A stretch of DNA of 64,000 bases, taken from the NCBI GenBank assembly GCA_000182565.2, contig KQ257450.1. One strand, given 5' to 3'. The position numbers were made by a program, and so were the translations under genes. The notes beneath the pieces are model-generated. The model was not told the DNA's origin and made no database searches. It saw nothing but the letters and a program-made list of their open reading frames with translations. Positions 54,873 to 64,000 of this stretch are shown piece after piece. This DNA is from Spizellomyces punctatus DAOM BR117 (taxonomy: Eukaryota). Within the stretch, counting starts at the first letter, position 1. Each line of letters begins with the position of its first letter.

Positions 54873-55994
54873 TCACGGGTGACCATCTTTGTTAGGGAAT
54901 GACGACGACAAGCCATACAGATATCCAAGAAATTTGCTATCATCAATTCTATCATCAAAGAATGTTTGCCGCATCTTGAAAAACGTCTTTGAGGTTAAAA
55001 GACTATCGCTTCCCGCTTGGTGTTGTGGCCCCACTCTTGCAATCTGTAAAACCACAATATTTGATTTAGTGCTTATGCTGCTCCGGCCTCAGACGATCCG
55101 GAGCTCACCTGAAGATCGTCAGCAACATCCTGCAGTCCTCCTTTCAGATTCTTACAGCTCTTCATGAGATATTTGATATCATATATACAAGGGAAATAAA
55201 TCCTCAGAAGGTCAAAAAAATCCGATTCTTCTGCCGGTAGCGGCTGGCAGGTCAGGATTTTCAGCAGGTAGCCGAAATCATATCCACTACAATCGAAATT
55301 GCTATGAAGTGGTATTCCAATGTTAAACCACACGTAGTAACCACAAACCTGTGGAAAGAGACCCATTTTACGTCATCCAGTAGCACAAATCCGGAACTAA
55401 TTAGCAGCTCGCCAAAATGCTCCACATCAATTCCATATTCTTCATTTTTTTTGAAATCAATTCCTGATTTAGTCAAAAGGTCAATCGAATCCTGAGCATA
55501 CATGTCGTCGCTGTATACCGTCATACAGTAAAATAGCGGTCAATCGCTACCCTCTCATGTAAGTTCCGATGTTATAAGCTCACCTCAGATTGAACTTGAA
55601 GTTGAATTGCCAGGTGCACACGCCGGGTGGGTGATTTCCTTCTTCATCCGCAAAAGTTATGCCAAGTTGGATTATCTTCAAAAGGTCGACGTTACATCGG
55701 AGGGTTTGGTAGTGATAGTCGGCTGATGTCCGGAAGTTGCCAATTGGTCGAGCAACTACGCCAGGGAATTCCGTATCCTAGCATAGTGGGCCAATAAGCA
55801 AGGTAATCGACATCGAACACACAACTTGTACATCATCTCGCTTTGACGCAGCATACCATAGATAGGTAGGGATACCTTTCTACTAAGTCGCGCAAAACAG
55901 CCATTTCATCCTCTAGATTCGAATCCCACACCTCCCTCACCCATGACTGCCCTTGACCATCCTGTCCCATGGGATTCCCAGTCCCGTTCTGCAT
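54873..55994 (-). CDS. CAF1: CCR4-NOT deadenylase Caf1/Pop2 (CNOT7/8)
   Basis: [51 protein letters not shown] and [10 protein letters not shown]. Confidence 0.95.
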
Positions 55995-56358
55995 TTGCTA
56001 CGAAGATCTTCAGTCGTCCGTTTCCTATACGTAGCTTAAAAGCAGTGATGCACTCTGCCAGGAGAAATCGTTGGGTATATGTAGCACTGACAAATGGAGA
56101 GACAGAGGAGCAGCACAAGTTTCTATCAAGTTTGTCCTGGGAATATCCTGATGTTATCGGGTTGTGAAGTCGGCAAGTGATTGTGGTCTGGCTATGAGCA
56201 GGAACAAGCACCAGCGTTGAGCCTGAGCGGGGATCCCGCCTCACGTGGCCATTCCCATGGCAACAAATCAATGGTGACTCATTCAGCACAATTTAGAGTC
56301 AATCAACTCTTTCCGACCTACCTCGTCGAGAGCAACGTCCTACCACTACCCCCAAAAC

Positions 56359-58132
56359 ATGAATGGACTTTATAGAACTATAGCCGGGAGGACCAGGAGC
56401 GGCCGTTTCTTTGCGAAGGCTCTCGCAGAAGGAGCGCGATCCTCTACTTTGTGTGTTAATGCAAAGAGTGGCCTTTTGGCTCGGGCCGGCTTGCGTTGGC
56501 AATGCTCGAATACATTTCCTAGAATTGGTAGCGATCCTTTCAACATGTTTGAACGCTTACCCACATCTCTACATCCGAACGCACTGCGCATATCTTCCGG
56601 TGTACGCGCTCAGCATTCATCGACTGTAGCATCGCCTATTCTCGCCGATGCATCGCCTGTGCAAGGGAAGGAATTGCAAACGGAACATACTGAGCAACAT
56701 CGACAAGATCATCAGGAAGAGGCACCAAGCAAGCCCATCGTTGGATGGTGGTACCTCTTCTCTGGGTCTCTTGTTTTTGGTATTGTGGCCATCGGTGGCC
56801 TAACCCGGCTCACTGAGAGTGGGCTGTCCATCGTAGAATGGAACCTGATCAAAGGGATGAAACCACCAAGATCACAGCAGGAATGGGAAGAAGAGTTTGA
56901 AAAATACAAGCAGTTCCCAGAATATAAGTTGTGAGTATGGCGAACCAAGTTACCTCGGTTGGCGCGTCTCACCTATCCATTCCCATGACAGGTTGAATCA
57001 TCATATGACGCTGCCCGAATTTAAGTCGATATTTTACATGGAGTGGGCTCACCGAATGGTCGGGCGCTTTATTGGTCTTTCATTTATTATCCCTGGAGCG
57101 TATTTCGCGTATAAAGGCCATATGTCCAAGATAATCCGCAATCGTTCCCTTCTAGTGGCTGCTTTGATTGGTGGTCAGGTAGGGCAGGGAACCCGTCTCA
57201 AGCTCATTACCTTCGTAACACTTACCTAGATTACTCTATGCAAAGGGTCTCTTGGGTTGGTACATGGTCAAAAGTGGCTTATCGGATGAGATAATGGAGA
57301 AAGCGCACGCCGTCCCGCGTGTCAGTCACTACTGGTTAGCCGCTCATCTCGGGTCCGCTTTTACGATTTACTCTATCATGCTTGTAACTGGTCTCGATAT
57401 CCTGAGGGCGAATAAGGCAAAGGCGATTGAGGTACGGTGTAGGTTCCTTTCTGTATGCTAACAGACTATATCCTAATGATTCGTCCCCCAGAACCTGCGC
57501 TTGATATTAAAACATGCGGATGTAATAAAGTTCCGGAGGTACGCAATCGGCACGGCAGGACTGGTTTTCCTAACCGCCATGTCAGGTATGTAAACTATCT
57601 GACATCTGGTTTAGACAGCTGACTAACATGATTGGCGTAGGGGCTTTCGTGGCAGGTTTGGACGCCGGATTAATTTACAACGAGTTTCCTAAAATGGGTG
57701 AAGGATACGTGCCATCCGATATGTGGGCGATGTCGACACGAACGGAGCGGAATCCTAACCCAGGACCCTTTTGGAAGGATCTGTTGGAGAACCCCTCTGC
57801 TGTTCAGTTCAATCACCGCGTGCTGGTAATTCTTACTACTTGTGGAAAGAGCAGTGACAGGTCCCTTACAGTTTCATCCCGCTTAGGCCATGACGACAGC
57901 AAGTTCAGTTGGAGCTCTTTGGCTATATTCGCGTCGAGTCAAGCTTCCGCGAAATGCACGTTTGGCTGTCAACGCTCTCCTTGCAATGGCGGGTGTGCAA
58001 GTGACGTTAGGGATTACTACCCTTCTCTACCTCGTGCCGGTCCCCCTAGCGGCGGCCCACCAGAGCGGATCGTTGACGTTATTGTCGATTGCACTGTGGC
58101 TCATGCACACCCTCCGATATGTAAAGAGATAG
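56359..58132 (+). CDS. COX15: Heme A synthase Cox15
   Basis: [57 protein letters not shown] and VQFNHR. Confidence 0.96.
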
Positions 58133-58398
58133 TAGACTGGGCGCCGAACACATATAATTATCATTATGACCACAAAAACGTTCCATCAATTGGCTATAAC
58201 CTCCGTGCCACTATGAGCATTTTCCATTTCTGAGTTCGAAGCAATGATAAAGCTTGGGGATGTGCAGGACACACAGACCCAGCCCGTCCGCGTCATGAAC
58301 GTACTGTAGTGGTATTCGGACAGAGTCACGTGTGCTAAACTCGGACATTCGGACGAGCGGACCAAAGACGGATACTTTGGAAATACTTTACACTTTAC

Positions 58399-59597
58399 AT
58401 GAGCAAGATGCCGCCTTCAAGAGGACCAATGGCCATATCATCAGATGTCGATGTGTTGACTAGTGATTCTGAAGTATTGAATATTGTAGAGTCGGACGGC
58501 GATGGGGATTTCGCTCCTAGTCGACCTGGTAAACGTTCACAACGAGTCTCTAAAATCGTGTCCAAAACATCTGTATCCAAATCACGGACAAAATCAAAAT
58601 CTTTAAAGTCCACTTCAAGACTATCTCGTCCAGAAATAGTTCGTGCCTCCTCAGTTGTTTCCACCGGGTCGTCAGCATCTGGTACGGCTAGCGCTGACGG
58701 GAAAGAGGATGCCGCCAAGATTGGGCCGGAATCGTCACTGGAGGAGCTGTTGAAGCGAGAAGAGCATCTTCAGCTCCAGATTGATATACTTATGGAAGAA
58801 ATTAAAGTATTGAGAGGAGGGGAGAAGAGTAACGCGGTCGGTGATCAAGCCGAGGAAGAGGGTGAGTTTCTGATATACATTTTCTAGCGGTCAAGTTGAT
58901 ACAACCCATGATATAACATATTTCTACAGAAATTGATTATTCCAACTTTGACGCTCCTGAATGGTGTGTTCCAATCAAAGCAAATGTCATGACCTTTGAA
59001 TGGGACCGATTAGCAGATGCCTGCCAGTTCGATGTCATTCTCATGGATCCGCCATGGCAGCTGGCTTCTCATGCTCCGACCCGAGGTGTAGCGATTGCAT
59101 ACCAGCAGCTTCCAGATGCCTGCATTGAAGAGCTTCCTATCCAGAAACTGCAGAAGAACGGGTTCATCTTTATCTGGGTGATCAACAACAAATACGTCAA
59201 GGCATTCGAGTTGATGGAACGTTGGGGATACAAATACGTGGATGATATAACTTGGGTGAAGCAGACTGTCAATAGGCGGATGGCAAAAGGTCATGGCTAT
59301 TACTTACAACATGCCAAGGAAACCTGTCTGGTGGGGAGGAAGGGCAATGACCCACCCGGGTGTCGACATGGTATAGCAAGCGATGTGATCTTTTCGGAGA
59401 GACGAGGACAAAGCCAAAAGCCCGAGGAGTTGTATGAGATGATTGAAGAGCTAGTACCAAATGGTAATTCAATCTCGCAACACAACCTTCACATTATCAA
59501 TACTGAGACCAATTGAATTCTAGGAAAGTATCTTGAGATATTTGGACGAAAAAATAACCTAAGGGACTTTTGGGTCACAGTAGGAAATGAATTATAA
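58399..59597 (+). CDS. MTA1: MT-A70 adenine methyltransferase of the AMT1/MTA1 (DNA 6mA) clade
   Basis: FDVILMDPPWQL...RGVAIAY, WVKQTVNRRMAKGHGYYLQHAKETCLVG, RRGQSQKPEELY and YLEIFGRKNNLR...VGNEL match ciliate AMT1/MTA1 rather than METTL3 (GRTGHWLNH). Confidence 0.88.
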
Positions 59598-59669
59598 AGA
59601 ATAGACTGTCTTGTGGCCATCTGATCCCCATAGAACATAGACGCCATAGGCCATTAAGCAATGCAACTT

Positions 59670-60110
59670 GATGGACATGGCTTATGGTCCATTCGCGATA
59701 TAAGCCTTCGGCAGCGGGAGAGATGTCACAGACAAGTCCCTGGAACATTGGTCAAAGATGGCTGCATATCCTTGATACATCACCAATGCATTTGGCGAAT
59801 ACGTCCACTGCCCAAGTATAGCACCTATTTTTTTCTGACTGGACAAACAGCGCACATGCAGAGTATCATGGTGCTGCATTAGCTGCGAAGGAAAATTATT
59901 GCATCATTGAAACAGTTTCCCTTGCTGTAACATGTTCGGGCCAACACCATCGGGATGGACGAACTACCAATATGGGACAGAAAGAGAGAAGCGAATACTA
60001 TCGGACAGGGTTATAAGGGGTAAGCTTCTTGTAAGACTCTTGCGTGGGGCTCTCGTACAGCGTGATAATGGTCCTGCAAAGTTCCGTCCTGCCCCAAATT
60101 CTCGACGGAT
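59670..60110 (-). pseudogene. Decayed inverted copy of THG1
   Basis: Minus-strand translation W*FVHPDG...F...NN...QLM...RCL...I...GQ.DVF and YAAIFD aligns colinearly with THG1 WLVVRVDG...F...ND...QLM...RCM...I...GQSDEF and YPPSFD. Stops and frameshifts are present, and it follows an inverted copy of the THG1 upstream sequence. Confidence 0.6.
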
Positions 60111-60127
60111 GGGGGGGGGGGGGGGGG
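60111..60127 (+). repeat. G17 homopolymer
   Basis: 17 consecutive G; corresponds in inverted orientation to the C6 run at 62185-62190 just before the THG1 ATG. Confidence 0.9.
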
Positions 60128-60176
60128 CGAAATTCGTTAACGATCTCCATTTAGGAGGGTACAGCATGTCGCAGCA

Positions 60177-60214
60177 TGTGCAGATAAACTGGGACCCCAC
60201 ATGACCACACGTGA
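60177..60214 (-). repeat. Left arm of imperfect inverted repeat (partner 62091-62129)
   Basis: Reverse complement TCACGTGTGGTCATGTGGGGTC-CCAGTTTATCTGCACA vs TCACGTGTTATCACGTGGGGTCACCAGTTTATCTGCACA: 35/39 aligned columns identical. Confidence 0.9.
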
Positions 60215-60230
60215 CAGATTCACTCATGCA

Positions 60231-61383
60231 TCATTTCATCGCGGCTAGCAAGTTCACCATGCCAAAGTATTCGGCCTCCTTCTTAAGCATATCCTTTTCT
60301 CCCGCAGATAAACCCTCTGGGACACTCCGTCTTCTTAGCCAGAACAATATCTTGGCAAATATCTGTCCATCGGCGTCAATAAATACCGTTCCATCGGCAT
60401 GCGACTTTGCGGTCCACCGATCGCTAAACATGGATGCCAGCATGGACTCTGGCTCGTGGGATGGTGCTAGAGTAGATCGCGCCACCGTGTAGTGGATACC
60501 ACCAACATTCAAGGATACCGGGTTTTTATTTGCTTCGAGGGTCGTTTCCAACAGCTGAAGATTGCCCATGGCATCCTTGAATGCTTCTTCCTGATCGCGT
60601 TTTGCCATCTTCAGAGCTTCTTCCTTGTCCTCATATTGCTTGCCGAGCGAGTCCAAGTAGTCGTAAAGTTCTCGTTTGATCTTATCTACTTGTGTCGATG
60701 GGAGATCGAGTTGTGTGTTGGAGATGGGAATCTCCCCGTCACTTGTTCTGGCTGGTGCCTAGTGTGAGCATCTCAGCTGTTCAGCAGGGACCATGATTAC
60801 ATCGGGCACTACTACCTGCTGTCTCCTGCTGTAGCCGCCCTACGATTTGTTCCAATTCCTGAACTCTACGTCTCAGCAAGATCCTTTGTGCGTGCATGGT
60901 GCCCATCATTTTCAGATACTTTTCTGCCGTATAATCCTTCTTGAATCCACATTCACCATACCAATTCCGTACCCCCCATAAGATATAGTCGGGAAGCAGG
61001 GACCAATCAGTCAAATTAGTCATGGTAGTTATGTGTTTACTCATCTGCGCATGTTGTTGATCTAACATGCCGCCATAGGAACAGTTCATCGAGAAAGTCA
61101 CGCCGCATCGACAGGTATACATGTTATGAGGATTGATCCATTCACGATGAATGACGTAGTGGTGTGGGTTTCCTGTTGGAAACGTCCAATTGTGCTGTCC
61201 CTGGAGTCGTGCAAGACGGAAGGCAGGATCAAGGTCGGGGTCCGGGGCATTCATGAGTTCCTGATATACCCTTTGTTGTACGTTACTGGCGATCTCTGCA
61301 AGGACTCGCTTGCTGTCACGGTTGAAGCGGTTGGCATATTCGCCTAACTCATCCTCGGATAAGACCAGAGATTGAAAAGACAT
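60231..61383 (-). CDS. Two-exon protein: unrecognised N-terminal domain, coiled coil and C-terminal KCTD/T1-type BTB domain
   Basis: ATG at 61383; a 64-nt GT-AG intron at 60815-60752 joins the two ORFs in frame; BTB motif VSLNVGGIHYTVARSTL...SMLASMFS...VFIDADGQIFAKILFWLR...EAEYFG. Confidence 0.75.
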
Positions 61384-61559
61384 GGCGCTTATAGCAAAAA
61401 AGAAAGCTTTATTGATTGCCAGTCCCATTAGCTGATCCAAGTAGCGGAGGATTACGTCAGAAAGAGCGCGTTTTGCCCTAGTGGGGGGTCGCTCGTTTGC
61501 TTGCCTCCCCCCTCCAGGGCTTCCTGTTGGCTTTCTGACCTACTGAAAGCCGGCTGATA

Positions 61560-62078
61560 ATATGAAATAAGCCGAGGTGAAAGACTGCATAGACAATGCA
61601 TCCGAAGAACGCGCAGAAGTGGACGGCAAAGTGTCATGTTCTGGGGATGCTTTTTCGGTGGAATAAAGGGTGTATTAGCCAATATCGAAAAGATTGATAA
61701 TTCTCAATGTGGAATCGATTCAGAAGCATATATTCAACATTTAAACGGGTATATGTTACCTTTTTACCGCATTCCAGGTGTCTTTTTCTTCCAACAAGAT
61801 AACGCACCCATTCATACATCACATCTTTCACGCCAGTGGTTTCAGCAGAATAACATCCACCTTCTCAAATGGCCAGCAATCTCCTGATCTTGATTCCATC
61901 GAGAATCTATGGTCAATCTTGAAAAGACGGGTATATAGACAGAATCCTCATAATGTAGAACAATTAAAGGCGATGGTGCAAGAAGAATGGGTATATCTCC
62001 AGAATATCTGTTTAAACTAGTTGAATCTATGCCTAGACGCATGCAGGCTGTGGTAGATGCCAATGGAGCTATTGACTA
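61560..62078 (+). mobile_element. Tc1/mariner DD34E transposase remnant (5'-truncated, frameshifted)
   Basis: SVMFWGCF, FQQDNAPIHTS, KWPA / SPDLDSIENLWSILKRR and LVESMPRRMQAVVDANG; frameshifts near 61880 and 62000; D-to-E spacing is 34 after frame repair. Confidence 0.9.
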
Positions 62079-62090
62079 GACTAGATTAGT

Positions 62091-62129
62091 TCACGTGTTA
62101 TCACGTGGGGTCACCAGTTTATCTGCACA
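62091..62129 (+). repeat. Right arm of inverted repeat; tandem E-boxes immediately upstream of THG1
   Basis: TCACGTG at 62091 and 62101, about 70-110 nt before the THG1 ATG. Confidence 0.9.
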
Positions 62130-62197
62130 CTTGCTGTCCCTCATCAGCGAGTCGTTCATGAACTCTACATTATCACCACTGGTTCCCCCCATCAACC

Positions 62198-63156
62198 ATG
62201 GCTTGTAGCAAGTATGAATATGTCAAGGTCGGTGCTCTGCGGTCGTCACATTCATCCCGGTATGCTACACCGCGAGAAGGCGCTATCCAGCAGACGGCAA
62301 ACAGAATCTAATATGGTAGTTATGTAACCTCTAGTTGTTTGAACAAAACATTACCCTCCTCCCAAATACCTGGCTTGTTGTCCGAGTCGACGGTCACAGC
62401 TTTCACCGGTTTACCTCAGAACACGATTTTGCAAAGCCAAACGACATTCGCTCCTTACAACTCATGAACTATGCGGCCCAGCGCTGCATGCAAGAAATGC
62501 AGGACATTGTTCTCGCCTATGGTCAATCAGACGAATTCAGCTTTGTGTTTCGCCGATCCACAAACTTGTATAAGCGTCGAGAGGCAAAGATCACGAGCAC
62601 CTTGTGCAGTTTATTTACTTCCAATTTTATCTTTCATTGGAAACGATTTTTTGCGGATCTGGAGCTCAAGTATCCACCATCCTTTGACGCCCGCGCGGTA
62701 TGTTATCCAACGGATCAGAATTTGAGAGATTATATGAGCTGGAGGCAAGCGGATTGTCATATCAACAACTTGGTGTGTGCACTTAATGTCGCGAATGCTC
62801 GTAAAACGGAAAGTCACTAACGGAAGGTCTTTCCTTAGTACAATACTGCGTTCTGGTCCTTGGTTCAAGATACAAGCAATCCACGAACAGAAAGAGAAGC
62901 TCAAGCCATCCTGAAGGATACGGATTCCGCAGCTAAAAATGAGCTTCTTTTCACTCAGTATGGGATCAACTATAACAAGCTCCCAGAAATTTTTCGCAAG
63001 GGCTCGACTCTTTTCCGCCGACTAAGTGAAGTGGCGGCGTCGACACGAGATGGTACTTCGGAAGTCAAGAGAACCAAGAACCTAGTCGTAGTAGAACATG
63101 GCGATATCATAGGAGACAAGTTTTGGCAGGAGAATCCACAGATTTTATCAATATGA
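62198..63156 (+). CDS. THG1: tRNA(His) guanylyltransferase
   Basis: MACSKYEYVK / LFEQ...VVRVDGHSFHRF, AYGQSDEFSF, PSFDAR, YMSWRQADCHINNLYNT and KNELLF...GINYN. Confidence 0.96.
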
Positions 63157-63222
63157 TTGATAGTAGCAGATAGTTTGTATATAGTATATGTACATGTGGC
63201 ATGGTCGACATCTCGATTGTGT

Positions 63223-64000
63223 CTAAGAGATTAGATTGAAAATGGCAGGTAGGCACAAACGTCCAGTAATCCCACGGACCAGGACAAAGTGCGTGTGCTC
63301 TCTACCGGCGCTGGCCAAAACATTGAAATTTAGAGTGCAGTTCCAGCGAATAATGTGACTACCGCTGACACTTACGATTCGCATTCCTGTACAATGCGAT
63401 GTAGTCCAGACAATTTGCAACAACCCAGAGCTTGTCCATGTCCTTGCGCAAAGGAGAATCGTCCGGTTGTGATATAGCCCACGATAGCTGAAGGTGGTGG
63501 TATCACATCCAAGAGTTTTTGTTCTTCGTTGACACTACAATCATCACTATTTTTCTCCACAGCATGTTTCCAAAATTCATATTCTTTTTCCGTTGCGGAG
63601 TAAATGATACCGCGTTCGCCCGGCGTTCCTCTTCGTAACATGGTTATGCGGACTCGAACCAGCATGTGTTCCATGGTATCAAGAGTTAGGTTGACGAGTT
63701 TGTTGGGGATTTCATATCGGTGGCGGATTAGTCGTACTACCTCCTCCATCAATAGTTGGGGTAAAGCCTCGACTGAAGCTGAACTCAGAGCAGTTCTTAA
63801 GTAGCTAATCAAGCGCGGACTGTTGATGACGTGGTATCGGCCATATGGTCGAGAACAGATACCGGAGAACCTCTGGGCACAGGCTTTGTTAGTCTCTGAA
63901 GCAGTACTGCTGTCTCTGCTATGTTGATCGCGACCCGAATTCGGTTCTTCAACGTCCATCATATCGTTGGATTGTTTCTCTTCGCCTTTTGAATTTGTCA
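63223..64000 (-). CDS. POP1: RNase P/MRP subunit Pop1, C-terminal POPLD region (partial)
   Basis: LVRVRITMLRRGTP...IY; IVGYITTGRFSFAQGHGQALG; last exon FVLVRG, as at Pop1 C-termini. Confidence 0.72.

Noticed and set aside
59670-59960. Kinase-like relic on the minus strand (YTWAVDVFA, ISPAAEGL)
   Set aside because: The same DNA aligns more extensively and colinearly with the neighbouring THG1.
1-64000. U12-type introns, tRNA or rRNA genes, CRISPR arrays
   Set aside because: The RTATCCTT matches I found fall in coding or non-donor positions; no cloverleaf, rRNA or repeat-spacer pattern seen by eye.

Overview
Gene-dense, intron-rich eukaryotic DNA with short (about 55-80 nt) GT-AG introns. It most likely comes from a flagellated early-diverging fungus (chytrid-like): fungal-type genes (PSD2, YPK1/Gad8, ECL1, SEC63, Cue1-like) sit beside flagellar genes (IFT80, an AKAP14-like protein) and an AMT1/MTA1-type DNA 6mA methyltransferase. 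About 28 protein genes are recognisable, including SWI3, an RNAi RdRP, VWA8, RPL25, ISA1, ISD11, TPR/MLP1, BORCS8, EAF6, RPC17, RIM2, CAF1, COX15, THG1 and POP1. The most unusual structure is at 59.6-62.2 kb. An imperfect inverted repeat (35/39 aligned nt, with paired E-boxes) brackets an intact novel-domain+BTB gene and a broken Tc1 DD34E transposase. The left arm continues into a decayed inverted copy of THG1, and the right arm is the upstream region of the live THG1. Other observations are 6- and 14-nt microexons, shared E-box and X-box promoter motifs, an intronless LigE-like GST and further relics in intergenic gaps. Exon boundaries and family assignments were made by eye from recalled motifs; no searches were run.
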